Below are positions 53,164-61,874 of a stretch of DNA of 64,000 nucleotides, in pieces. Every line of letters begins with the position of its first letter. The first letter of the stretch is position 1. The position numbers were made by a program, and so were the translations under genes. This stretch comes from an uncultured bacterium (lineage in GTDB: Bacteria > Acidobacteriota > Thermoanaerobaculia > Multivoradales > JAHZIX01): assembly GCA_965368975.1 (NCBI GenBank), contig CBDUPA010000008.1, positions 61,626-125,625 of the forward strand, in the 5' to 3' direction. Under the pieces are notes generated by a model, which had not been told where the DNA came from, searched no databases, and saw only the letters and a program-made list of their open reading frames with translations.

Positions 53164-56055
53164 TCAGGATGGAGAAGTAGGTACTGGTGGGATCGGTGCC
53201 CGCCATATCCCGAACTCCCGGCACAGTTCCTCAAACCCCTGGTGCGTCCAGCCCTTGGCCAGCAAATCGGCCGCTACTGGCCGCGCCTCCTCGACCCTCC
53301 CGAGGCGCAGCAGCGCCCGTACCAGGCTGTCCAGCAGATACGCATGGTCGACGCGCTCACGCACGGGCTCGACGACTTCGATGACGCGTAGCCAGGCGGA
53401 TCGTGCGGCGGCGGTGTTGCCGAGTTGGAGTTCGCACTTGGCCAGCTCTAGCAAGAGCACGGCAGTGGTGTAGCGGGTCTCGGCATTGTCCGGATCGTCG
53501 ACGATCTGAGCCTGTATTCTCGGTTCCAGTGCGCGCAGGCGGCGAGCGCCTTCGGCCGCACGACCCAGAGCGGTCAAGATTTGGGCGCGGATCGCTTCGG
53601 CGAGTGCCAGGTTGGTCAGGGAGCCCCGCTGCTGCGACGCGTCTCCCATCAACTCGACGGCTTGGGTGGCGTGCTGCAGGGCTTTCTCGGGCTGGCCGGT
53701 TTCGAGCAGGGTCACCGCCAGGCGGTAGGCGGTACCGGCTGCGAGTGGGGCGGCGGCGAGATCCGGACTGCGGCGGCCGAGGTCCTGGGCCAACGCCAGA
53801 GCCTCGGTGAAGGACGCGCGGGCCTCGTCCATCTGTCCCAGGTCATAGTGCACGATGCCAGTGCCGTCGATGGTGGACAGCAGGATGAACCGCACATCGA
53901 GATTGTCGGGCTGTTGGTTCAGAGCTTCTTCGCAGAGCTTGCGGACACGCGTGTAGGTCTCGAGCGCACCGGTCTTGTCCCCCTGGTCGCTGCGTGTGCG
54001 AGCGACTTCGTCCAGCGCACTGAGGTAGTTGACGACGTGTTGGGGTTCTTCCGGTTGCTCCTCGGAGAGTTTCCTGAAAGTGTCCGCGGCTTGCTGGTAG
54101 ACGGCCTGAGCTTCTTCCATCTCGCCCTGGAAGAAGAGCGTTTGGCCAATGGTGGAGAAGGCGGCGCCACGGTTGGCGCGTTCTTCAGGGCTCAACTCTG
54201 CCGGATTGCGCTCAGCGTAGTACTCACCAGCCCTGCGGGCCACGGACTCCATGACGTCGACGCGCTCGATGTCGACCAACCGCTCCCACAGATCTTCCAG
54301 CATGAAGGTCATCAAGCCTTCCGCTTCGGCGCGGGCGACGCGGGCGGCGTCGCGTTGCTGGCGCAGGCGTTCGGCGCCCAGGCGCTGGTCGTGCAGGTAG
54401 CGCCAGCCACCGGCGAGCAGGACGACGGCGAGAACTACCAGGCCAGCGAGAGCGAGACGGCGCTGGCGGCTCAGAGTGCGCTGGCGACGCTCGGCATCGT
54501 CGACTTGCTGCAAGAAGGTTTGACGCTCTCGACCAGCGGGTAGCTGGTCAGCCTGCACACGGGCCAACGTCAGATCCTGCTGCGCCAACGCCATCTCGGT
54601 GTAGGTTGTGAGGTAGCGTCGGCGCAGATCGGGAACGGTGGGGTTGTCGGGCCACAAGGCTTCGGCTTCCTGCACTCGGCTGAGCGCCTGGTTCAGGGCG
54701 GCGTAGTCCGGGGCGCGCGACTCCTGCAGCTCGTGTGTGATCTGGCGCGACCGACGCTTCTGAGCGGCGCCGCTCTGGTAAGCTTCCAAGGCCGCGATGA
54801 AGCCTTCGACGGTAGCGGGCTCGCGCGCTTCGCTGTCGCGCTGCAGCACGCCCATGGCGAGGTCGCTGAGTTCCTGGGGGACGCGCCGCCCGGGTGTGCG
54901 GATCTCGGGAGGTAGGACATCCTCGCGGGCAGCTTCGAGGAAGGCGGCGAGGCTGTTGCGGGCTCGGTGCGGGGAGGTGCCAGTGAGGAGGTAGTAGAGG
55001 ATGCCGCCGAGGAGGTAGAGGTCGGTCCAAGGACCGAGGGCTCCCGGATCGTCGTAGGTTTGCTCGGGCGCCATGAAGCTGGGCGTTCCGGCCGGGCCGT
55101 AGCTGCCGCTGACAGCGGACGCCGAGTCGTCGGCACTGCCGTTGGCCGCACCGCCCGCGATCTGCGTGCGCGCGTCTCCGAAGGGCGAGGCGATTCCCCA
55201 GTCCATCAGCTGGACTTCGCCGAATTCTCCGACCATCACCTGGTGGGGCTTCAGGTCGCGGTGCAGGATGCCGCGCGAATGCGCAAAGGCGACGGCCTGG
55301 GCGACATCCAGCAAGATGGCGAGATGCCGCTGTAGGAAGTCGCCAAGGGGCTGGTCGTCCGACAAGCGATCAAGATCCTCGTGGATCAGCTCGTTCCACG
55401 GCCGCCCCCGGACCATCTTCAAGCCGAGCAGCGTGCGGTTGTCGGCGGTGGACGCCAGCTGGTACACCGGGACGATGTTCGGGTGTTCGAGACGGGCGGT
55501 CGTCAGCGCTTCTTGGCGGAACTGCAGTTCCATCAGCTGGCGCTGTTCCGGGCTCGCCAGCTGCAAGCGATCATCACGCAGGGTCTTGACCGCGATCTCG
55601 CGCCCGAGGTCGCGCTGAATGCCGCGCCAGACCTCGCCAAACCCACCCTGTGCCAGCGGTTCGACGAGTTCGAAGGCTCTGACTTCGCAGGTATCGGCCG
55701 CCGGCTCGGGGAATATCTGCTGGGCGGAGGTGCTCGGGCTGGGTGGCGATGCTTCCGTAGGTGCGTCGAAACTCGAGGCTTCGAGCTGGCGCAAGGAGGA
55801 GCGCAGCGGGTCGTAGGTCAGGGTCGGGTCGGGTGCCAGATCGTCGGGAGCCCGGCTGCCAGCGGAGCGTTCCTGTCTTCGTGGCTCGACGGTCTCGGTC
55901 TCCAGGGCGCTCGACGACTCCGGGCTAGGCCGGGCATCTGGTGCAGCCCCGATAGCGACTGTTGGGGCGGTTTGGTCCACATCCAGTTGGTCTGGAGCGG
56001 CCTCGTCCAGAGTGGAACGTGGAGGCACTGCCGAGGGTTGCTTGGAGGAAGCCAT
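53164..56055 (-). CDS. Ser/Thr protein kinase with C-terminal TPR repeat array and a TM segment
   Basis: Kinase subdomains (GGFGEVWRG, AVKTL, HRDLKPHQVMV, DWGIA, SFMAPEQ). A central hydrophobic helix (LALAGLVVLAVVLLAGGW). ~400 aa of TPR-like repeats. Pro/Ser-rich N-terminus. 963 aa. Confidence 0.8.
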   Translation of the reverse strand: MASSKQPSAVPPRSTLDEAAPDQLDVDQTAPTVAIGAAPDARPSPESSSALETETVEPRRQERSAGSRAPDDLAPDPTLTYDPLRSSLRQLEASSFDAPTEASPPSPSTSAQQIFPEPAADTCEVRAFELVEPLAQGGFGEVWRGIQRDLGREIAVKTLRDDRLQLASPEQRQLMELQFRQEALTTARLEHPNIVPVYQLASTADNRTLLGLKMVRGRPWNELIHEDLDRLSDDQPLGDFLQRHLAILLDVAQAVAFAHSRGILHRDLKPHQVMVGEFGEVQLMDWGIASPFGDARTQIAGGAANGSADDSASAVSGSYGPAGTPSFMAPEQTYDDPGALGPWTDLYLLGGILYYLLTGTSPHRARNSLAAFLEAAREDVLPPEIRTPGRRVPQELSDLAMGVLQRDSEAREPATVEGFIAALEAYQSGAAQKRRSRQITHELQESRAPDYAALNQALSRVQEAEALWPDNPTVPDLRRRYLTTYTEMALAQQDLTLARVQADQLPAGRERQTFLQQVDDAERRQRTLSRQRRLALAGLVVLAVVLLAGGWRYLHDQRLGAERLRQQRDAARVARAEAEGLMTFMLEDLWERLVDIERVDVMESVARRAGEYYAERNPAELSPEERANRGAAFSTIGQTLFFQGEMEEAQAVYQQAADTFRKLSEEQPEEPQHVVNYLSALDEVARTRSDQGDKTGALETYTRVRKLCEEALNQQPDNLDVRFILLSTIDGTGIVHYDLGQMDEARASFTEALALAQDLGRRSPDLAAAPLAAGTAYRLAVTLLETGQPEKALQHATQAVELMGDASQQRGSLTNLALAEAIRAQILTALGRAAEGARRLRALEPRIQAQIVDDPDNAETRYTTAVLLLELAKCELQLGNTAAARSAWLRVIEVVEPVRERVDHAYLLDSLVRALLRLGRVEEARPVAADLLAKGWTHQGFEELCREFGIWRAPIPPVPTSPS

Positions 56056-56140
56056 AGTGGTTGCGATCTTCGAGGCGATCGATTCATGCTAGTCCGAGGG
56101 CCTCGCGATCGCAACCGGGCAGCGAGCTGAGGTAGTTGCG

Positions 56141-57589
56141 TCACCGCATGGGCAGGAATCGACCGTAGATGTCACGACTTCTTTCGAAAGCGATGAGGCA
56201 GCCAGTCTCGACGCAGGCAACCGAATGTCCGTCAGGATGTAGAGTGCCCGTGCCGATGGAGAAGGGGGGTCGAGCCCGTACAGCAGGAGTACCGAACGGC
56301 AGGATCTTGACCCAAAGGTGCCTTTCTTCCTCGACAATTTCTTCCCACACCACGACGATGCTGTCAGTCCCGTGCATGGCAGTGGCGATGTTGCCCATGC
56401 CGCGGGATTCTGCCTGATGGCTGGCAAGGCGTATGATCGGCCCCATTTGCTCCTTGTCCCAGGACTTGACCAAGCTGTGCAGCGTGTCGACGGTGGATAG
56501 GAAGCGGCGGGGTCCGATCAGTCGAGCTTCTGTGACGCTGGGCTGATCTCCGCCCGGGTCTCGAGTCCAGGTGACAAAGGTAAAGGGTGTACCGTGCACC
56601 GGAGTTGCGGCGGCAGCTAGGACGCCCCAAGTTCGCTCGAGTACCGGGGTTGGTTCGCTGGAGATCTGTCCTTCCGGAGATGTCACCTGGTAGAGATCGA
56701 CACGTGGCGGCCAGAAAGTCAGTGCTTCGTCCGTCTCGACGCTGGTGACGATCACCTCGAACCGACTCTGCCGGTGATGGCTGCTATCTAAACCCACGCG
56801 ATGCATCGCTCGCGGGAAGGCGCGGGATGCGTCACCGAAGTCGATCTCGGGTTCGTCTTCGATCTGTGGACCGCTCCGTGACCAGGTCACGAAGTTGCCG
56901 AATAGCAGCCACGGCCCGTCGACATTGCACTGCCATGGAAGGGCCGAATCGTTCTCCTGGTTGTACTTTCCGTCGTGTTCCCGCCAGAGAACCAGCCACT
57001 GGGCTTCGATGGGATCGAAGGCAACTGTGGCGTTCATGGCACCGCAGTCGGTGTTGGTCAGCCGCAGGGGTAGCCTGGAGGCCGTGATCGGTTTGCCGGT
57101 CGAAGCCACCGCGTTGAGGGCGACGTAGTCGTCCGGGCGGCTGTGGGGGGCACGATCTGCTGGCCATTTTTCGCTCTCGTCCCACAGCACTAGATAGTGC
57201 CCGAGGCCTGTGCCGTAGGCGGCGGTCACCAGGTCTACGGAATGGCTCCTTGTCTTGACTGAGTGGATCGTGTGGATCTGCCCAACCTGTGGCTCTTCGC
57301 CGACCTCGGCGGCTGGAGTCACCTGGCGCGCGCGTACGCGGGCCTGATCTTGTGCTTCGGCCACGTGATCTTCGGTCCAGAGAACGAGCAGGCTGCCGTC
57401 ATCTGGGTTCGCTGCGACCGAAGCGTTGATCTCTTCGGCGCTGCCCTCCGAAAGCAGGAAGTTCGAACTGAGGTGCGGCACTTCGACGACCGGTCGAGCG
57501 CGGCTTGGTGCGGGGGTGTTGGAACAGGCGGCTACCAGGATGCCAGCAAGGGCCAGACCCAGGATGCGTTGTGATGGAGTGAATCTCAT
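56141..57589 (-). CDS. hypothetical lipoprotein (482 aa)
   Basis: Lipobox LVAAC after a signal peptide. GC3-rich long ORF. No family recognised. Confidence 0.5.
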   Translation of the reverse strand: MRFTPSQRILGLALAGILVAACSNTPAPSRARPVVEVPHLSSNFLLSEGSAEEINASVAANPDDGSLLVLWTEDHVAEAQDQARVRARQVTPAAEVGEEPQVGQIHTIHSVKTRSHSVDLVTAAYGTGLGHYLVLWDESEKWPADRAPHSRPDDYVALNAVASTGKPITASRLPLRLTNTDCGAMNATVAFDPIEAQWLVLWREHDGKYNQENDSALPWQCNVDGPWLLFGNFVTWSRSGPQIEDEPEIDFGDASRAFPRAMHRVGLDSSHHRQSRFEVIVTSVETDEALTFWPPRVDLYQVTSPEGQISSEPTPVLERTWGVLAAAATPVHGTPFTFVTWTRDPGGDQPSVTEARLIGPRRFLSTVDTLHSLVKSWDKEQMGPIIRLASHQAESRGMGNIATAMHGTDSIVVVWEEIVEEERHLWVKILPFGTPAVRARPPFSIGTGTLHPDGHSVACVETGCLIAFERSRDIYGRFLPMR

Positions 57590-57717
57590 CGGTACCTCCT
57601 TGCCGTAGTCCGACTCTGTGTACTGATTCAGGCCCCCCGACTCTGTAACCTAATGGGTGCCCTGTTGCAGGATTCGGAGAGGTCGGGCACGGATTGTTGT
57701 TCATGTACCATGTTTCT

Positions 57718-57750
57718 GGAAAGAGAAAACGCCGGCAACACCTGCCGGCG
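57718..57750 (-). terminator. rho-independent terminator downstream of the 57803-58264 gene
   Basis: Hairpin CGCCGGCA-ACACC-TGCCGGCG followed on the minus strand by TTTTCTCTTTCC. Confidence 0.6.
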
Positions 57751-57802
57751 TGGGGGTATGCGCCGAGTCGCACACCCGAAGAGATAGGAAACGTGAACAG
57801 CG

Positions 57803-58264
57803 TCAGTCGACGCCGGAGCTTTCCGCGGCCCGGTCGATGTCTTCCACGGTGCGTTCTACGGTCAGCGGGAATGTGCGTCCCGCCTGGGACCAATCGCCCT
57901 GGAGCGTTGCACCATCGGCGTGGAGACGCCCGTCGTACTCGGCGCCGATGGCGGTGATCTCGAAGACGATCGAGTTACCGATGATCTCCACCACGGTAAC
58001 TGGGATCCCAGTCGCACCTTGGTCGGGACTGTCGAGGGTGGCTGTCAGGTTTCCGTCGTCGTCGGTCTGTACATGCAAGATCAGGCGCACCTGATGTTCT
58101 CCGACGATCAGTGGGCCTTGCCACTGGCCGACGAGAGCTTCGGGAGTCGGGGGCTGGTTTTCCGTGGTTGCAGCGGACGCTGGAGGTGCCAGGAGTAGGG
58201 GCAGCGCGAGCAGGAGCAGGAGAGGCAGCAGGATGATGCGAGCGACGAGAGATATCGTGTTCAT
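57803..58264 (-). CDS. hypothetical secreted protein (153 aa)
   Basis: Strong signal peptide (LLPLLLLLALPLLLAPPASA). GC3-rich. A terminator follows. Confidence 0.5.
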   Translation of the reverse strand: MNTISLVARIILLPLLLLLALPLLLAPPASAATTENQPPTPEALVGQWQGPLIVGEHQVRLILHVQTDDDGNLTATLDSPDQGATGIPVTVVEIIGNSIVFEITAIGAEYDGRLHADGATLQGDWSQAGRTFPLTVERTVEDIDRAAESSGVD

Positions 58265-58291
58265 GGTCGGTTCCTTTCTGGGAGTGGATCA

Positions 58292-58516
58292 TCAGGAGTC
58301 GGAGGTGTCGCCCGTGGAGGTGGACGCAGAGTTGGAGAAGATCTCCTCGATCGGGTGACCGAAGACGTGGGCGATCTTGAAGGCGAGCGGAAGGCTGGGG
58401 TCGTACTTCCCCTTCTCGATGGCGTTGACCGTCTGGCGCGAGACGTCGAGCCGGTCGGCAAGTTGGGCTTGCGTCCAGTCTCGTTCGGCGCGTAGGACCT
58501 TGAGTCGGTTCTTCAT
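58292..58516 (-). CDS. XRE-family helix-turn-helix transcriptional regulator (small Cro/C1-type)
   Basis: MKNRLKVLRAERDWTQAQLADRLDVSRQTVNAIEKGKYDPSLPLAFKIA is the canonical short XRE HTH protein. The start overlaps the stop of the upstream membrane-protein gene. Confidence 0.8.
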   Translation of the reverse strand: MKNRLKVLRAERDWTQAQLADRLDVSRQTVNAIEKGKYDPSLPLAFKIAHVFGHPIEEIFSNSASTSTGDTSDS

Positions 58517-58965
58517 GCGTAGTACTTCCGGCCGCGCCACTGGCCGATGGTGTAGGTGAACATCATCAGCAGCGCCACGGCCAGCAAGTCCATTTCGCTG
58601 AGGTAGCCGGAACGCTGGATGAGAAAGAGCGTCATCAGGCCCACGAGGCCGACGCCGTAGGCCAGTGCCAGAGCCTCGACTTCGATCTTGCGCCGCAATT
58701 CGTCGGTGTCTCGCAGGAAGCGGACATAGGCCATCAGGACGACGAGGCCGAGTATCGACGTGGCCATCGTCAGGCTCAAGGCGAGAGCCCCTGGCGCCAG
58801 GTAGTCGAAGCGGATCGCGGCGTTGACGCCCAACCAGGTGAGCATCCAGAGAAAGCTCCAGAGCTGGATGCGTCGCTGGTTCTGCCGGTCGCGGCCAGTG
58901 GCGTCGCTCGGAGTCCTAGAGGTTGAGATCTCCTGGGGGTCGGTACTAGAGGAGTGGGTCTGCAT
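58513..58965 (-). CDS. DUF2178-like small membrane protein (usual partner of short XRE regulators)
   Basis: Three to four TM helices (LWSFLWMLTWLGVNAAI, ALSLTMATSILGLVVLMAYV, LAYGVGLVGLMTLFLI, LLAVALLMMFTYTI). Operonic with the XRE gene. Confidence 0.55.
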   Translation of the reverse strand: MQTHSSSTDPQEISTSRTPSDATGRDRQNQRRIQLWSFLWMLTWLGVNAAIRFDYLAPGALALSLTMATSILGLVVLMAYVRFLRDTDELRRKIEVEALALAYGVGLVGLMTLFLIQRSGYLSEMDLLAVALLMMFTYTIGQWRGRKYYA

Positions 58966-59022
58966 GTGAGGTCTCCTTGACTTTGAGTAATGCTCGCTTG
59001 ACTCCGTGAAGAGTAGTGGGTG

Positions 59023-59039
59023 CTTGACTCAATGTCAAG
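59023..59039. promoter_or_regulatory. perfect palindrome CTTGACTCAATGTCAAG flanked by further TTGAC/GTCAA half-sites (candidate operator)
   Basis: Lies ~58 nt upstream of the DUF2178-XRE operon start and ~150 nt upstream of the divergent fpr gene. Additional TTGAC at 58998 and TTGTCAA at 59045. Confidence 0.4.
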
Positions 59040-59186
59040 CAAGCTTGTCAATTAGCGGGTGCCGAACTCGGACTCAGGTCGGCAGTGTCAAGCTGATAGA
59101 GTCGGAAGGTACGCTAGCCCTGATCGTCTGCGCCGTTTTGACGGCCGCCCTACCACCTGCATCGATCTGTCGAGGGACACCACCAC

Positions 59187-60137
59187 ATGGCCAAGCCGCT
59201 CACCTACAACGCCACGATCATCAAGCGCATCGACTACACCGACAGCCTGACGACTTTCAAGATCGAACCGGATACGCCGCTCGATGGCGATCCTCGGTTC
59301 GTCGCAGGGCAGTACATGGTGTTGGGGCTCAACAACGAGGCGAAGCCCGAGCTGGGTTCGGTGCGGCGGCCAATGTCGATTGCGTCGGCACCGGAGGAGG
59401 AGGGCCCCCTAGAGTTCTACATCCGCTACGTCAGTCACCCGGAGTCGGACAACCCGTTGACGCACCTACTTTGGCAGACGAAGGCCGGCGATCGCATCTT
59501 CCTGGGATCCAAGGTGACCGGGCACTTCACTCTGCAGCACACTGTCGGCGGCGATGATCCGCGCCTGAAGATACTGGTCGCGGCTGGCACTGGGCTGGCT
59601 CCCTTCACGTCGATGGCACGCAGTCACCTGCTGCGCGACCCGTCGGCGGATTTGAAGTCGTACGCCATCCTGCACGGCGCGTCGTATCCGGCCGATCTCG
59701 GCTACAAAGAGGAGCTGGAAGGGCTGGCGAACGACAAGGGACTGCACTATCTGTGCACTGTCAGTCGCCCGAAAGAAGCAGCGGACTGGACGGGGGACAC
59801 GGGCCGCGTCGAAGACTACTTCAAGGCCGAGCGCCTGGCAGGAACGGAAGCAGCGCTCGGGCTACCGCCGGGTGGCTTGATACCGCAGAATGCGCTGATC
59901 TACATCTGTGGCTTGCAGGGCACGATCGGCAAGACTGTCGAGCGCCTGATTGGACGCGGCTTCGTGCCCGAGAACCGACGGCTACGCAAGGCGCTAGAAA
60001 TCGACGAAGAGCTGGCGCCGAGTCTGTTCTTCGAGCAGTACGACACGACACCGGTGATCGACGTCAAAAACCCTGATCTGCTGGGTGATCTCCGAGATCA
60101 GCTGGCGACCGCCCGTGCCCGCGGTTGGACGGCCTAG
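59187..60137 (+). CDS. ferredoxin--NADP(+) reductase (FNR-type, Fpr-like)
   Basis: FAD-binding RRPMSIAS and LVAAGTGLAPF NADP-binding motifs. A Fpr-like two-domain layout with a C-terminal extension. 316 aa. Confidence 0.75.
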   Translation: MAKPLTYNATIIKRIDYTDSLTTFKIEPDTPLDGDPRFVAGQYMVLGLNNEAKPELGSVRRPMSIASAPEEEGPLEFYIRYVSHPESDNPLTHLLWQTKAGDRIFLGSKVTGHFTLQHTVGGDDPRLKILVAAGTGLAPFTSMARSHLLRDPSADLKSYAILHGASYPADLGYKEELEGLANDKGLHYLCTVSRPKEAADWTGDTGRVEDYFKAERLAGTEAALGLPPGGLIPQNALIYICGLQGTIGKTVERLIGRGFVPENRRLRKALEIDEELAPSLFFEQYDTTPVIDVKNPDLLGDLRDQLATARARGWTA

Positions 60138-60205
60138 TTGCGGACGGCCTAGTTGCGGAGGGTCTAGCGGCGGAACAGCCTAGTTGCAGAAGGTCAGCTA
60201 GTCGA
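60127..60205. repeat. degenerate 15-bp tandem repeat (GGCCTAGTTGCGGAC) x~4.5 containing CTAG in each unit
   Basis: GGCCTAGTTGCGGAC / GGCCTAGTTGCGGAG / GGTCTAGCGGCGGAA / CAGCCTAGTTGCAGA / AGGTCAGCTAGTC. The stop codons of both convergent genes (fpr TAG 60135-37, LOG gene CTA 60198-200) fall inside the array. Confidence 0.8.
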
Positions 60206-61175
60206 AGAGCGAACCACCGTTGTGAGCGTACCAGTCGGTGATGATGTCCCAGATCTCTTGGGCGGTCTCGGCGAAGGTGAAGAGTTCGGCGTCTTCGGGT
60301 GAGATGACGCCCTCCATCACTAGGTGCTCGACATCGAACGCTCGCTGCCAGAACTCGCGCCCCACCAGCACGACCGGCAGTGGTTTGGTCTTGCGTGTCT
60401 GGATCAGGCACAGGGTCTCGAACAGCTCGTCGAAGGTACCGTAGCCACCGGGGAAGGCGACCAGGGCGCGGGCACGGTGTAAGAAGTGCATCTTGCGCAG
60501 CGCGAAGTAGCGGAACTGGAAGCACAGCTCGGGCGTGATGTAGGGGTTCGGAAACTGCTCGTGGGGCAGTGTGATGTTGAGACCGATGGACCGCGCACCG
60601 ACATCGAAGGCGCCGCGGTTGGCGGCTTCCATGATGCCTGGTCCGCCGCCGGTGACCACCAGCAGGCGAGGGTCCTCGGGGCCGTCGCCGGCCTTGCCGA
60701 CCAGGTGGCCAAACTCACGAGCGACGTCGTAGTAGCCGCTCTTCGCCAGTACTCGTTCGGCGATCTCGACGCGCATGGCGCGATCGGCGTGCTCGGGGGT
60801 ACCAGCCTCGGCGTCATCGAGCGCGGCCTGACACTCGGCCAGACGGCGGCGCGCGGCCTTGGGCTCGACGATGCGCGTGCCGCCAAAGACGACGATCGTG
60901 CTGTGCACGCCGTGCTCCTCGAGCAGCAGGCGGGGCTTGAGGTATTCGAGCTGCAGCCGCACCGCGCGCAGATCGTGGCGCTGCAGGAAGTCGACATCGT
61001 GGTCGGCGCGCACGTACGAGCTACTGTCCATCAGGGCTTGGAGTCGCTGCGGTGCCTGTGGGTCTTCCTCCGCGGGCTTGGGCTGGGCCGACGGTAGGGG
61101 TTCGCGCCGCTCTTCTTGGGGGTGGGGCAGGGGGTAGGCCCCGGTGGGCTTGTCGCAGGCGTCACTCATATTCAA
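60198..61175 (-). CDS. LOG-family protein (lysine-decarboxylase-like fold; cytokinin riboside 5'-monophosphate phosphoribohydrolase family)
   Basis: GGGPGIMEAANRGA and PGGYGTFDELFE motifs. ~90-aa N-terminal extension. Confidence 0.8.
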   Translation of the reverse strand: MNMSDACDKPTGAYPLPHPQEERREPLPSAQPKPAEEDPQAPQRLQALMDSSSYVRADHDVDFLQRHDLRAVRLQLEYLKPRLLLEEHGVHSTIVVFGGTRIVEPKAARRRLAECQAALDDAEAGTPEHADRAMRVEIAERVLAKSGYYDVAREFGHLVGKAGDGPEDPRLLVVTGGGPGIMEAANRGAFDVGARSIGLNITLPHEQFPNPYITPELCFQFRYFALRKMHFLHRARALVAFPGGYGTFDELFETLCLIQTRKTKPLPVVLVGREFWQRAFDVEHLVMEGVISPEDAELFTFAETAQEIWDIITDWYAHNGGSLFD

Positions 61176-61195
61176 TCGATCCTTCTGGCGTCGAG

Positions 61196-61666
61196 TCAGA
61201 CTTCCAATTCGGCGTAGACGGGCATTTCGGGACTGGCCACGTGCTCGAAGATGAGCGACGTTTCGAGGTGCGAGATGTCCGGCTGCGCGACCGCGACGGT
61301 CACTTCGCGCAGGTGGTGGGTATCGCGCACCGCCACGTGCAGTAGGAAGTCGGTGGCACCGGCGAGGTGGTAGAGGTGGAGCAGCTCCGGCAGTTTGGCC
61401 ATGCGTTCCTGAAACGCGGCGACAGCCTTGTGCGCGTGATCGCGCAGGCGCACGGCAATCATCGCCTGCATTCCGATGCCGAGCGCCGATGGAGCGACGC
61501 TGGCGTGGAAGCCGCGCAGGACGCCCTCGCTCTGCAGTCGGCGCACGCGTTCGAGGCAGGTCGACTGCGCAATCCCCACCCGTGCAGCCAGCTCTTTATT
61601 CGAGAGCCGAGCATTCTTCTGTAAGGCGCTGAGGATATCGCAATCGATCTCGTCGAGCGGTCGCAT
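61196..61666 (-). CDS. lrp: Lrp/AsnC-family transcriptional regulator
   Basis: LDEIDCDILSALQKNARLSNKELAARVGIAQSTCLERVRRLQSEGVL HTH plus a C-terminal RAM domain. 156 aa. Confidence 0.85.
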   Translation of the reverse strand: MRPLDEIDCDILSALQKNARLSNKELAARVGIAQSTCLERVRRLQSEGVLRGFHASVAPSALGIGMQAMIAVRLRDHAHKAVAAFQERMAKLPELLHLYHLAGATDFLLHVAVRDTHHLREVTVAVAQPDISHLETSLIFEHVASPEMPVYAELEV

Positions 61667-61874
61667 TCACTGCCTCCTCCGAAGGAAATTCGGAGTGTGT
61701 TCAAGGTCACCGGGAGAATTCTACAATATTCCCATGTGGAGCGAAGATCTCCGTAGGGAGAGAAGTGTACCTGTTCAGCAGACCTCCTCGCCAGCGAGCC
61801 CGTCAGCGGGCCCGTTGATAGGCTTGGAAAGTACCTCGGGCTGGGCGAAAATTCCGCCGCGCGTGGAGCTGTTC

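Noticed and set aside
51284-53250. Search for an att-type direct repeat of the tRNA-Arg 3' end, or an integrase gene, delimiting the AT-shifted islet
   Set aside because: No copy of the terminal 15-20 nt of the tRNA was found at the far border, and no recombinase ORF exists in the islet. The island hypothesis therefore rests on composition and position only.
53581-54543. 320-aa plus-strand ORF
   Set aside because: Antisense to the TPR region of the Ser/Thr kinase gene.
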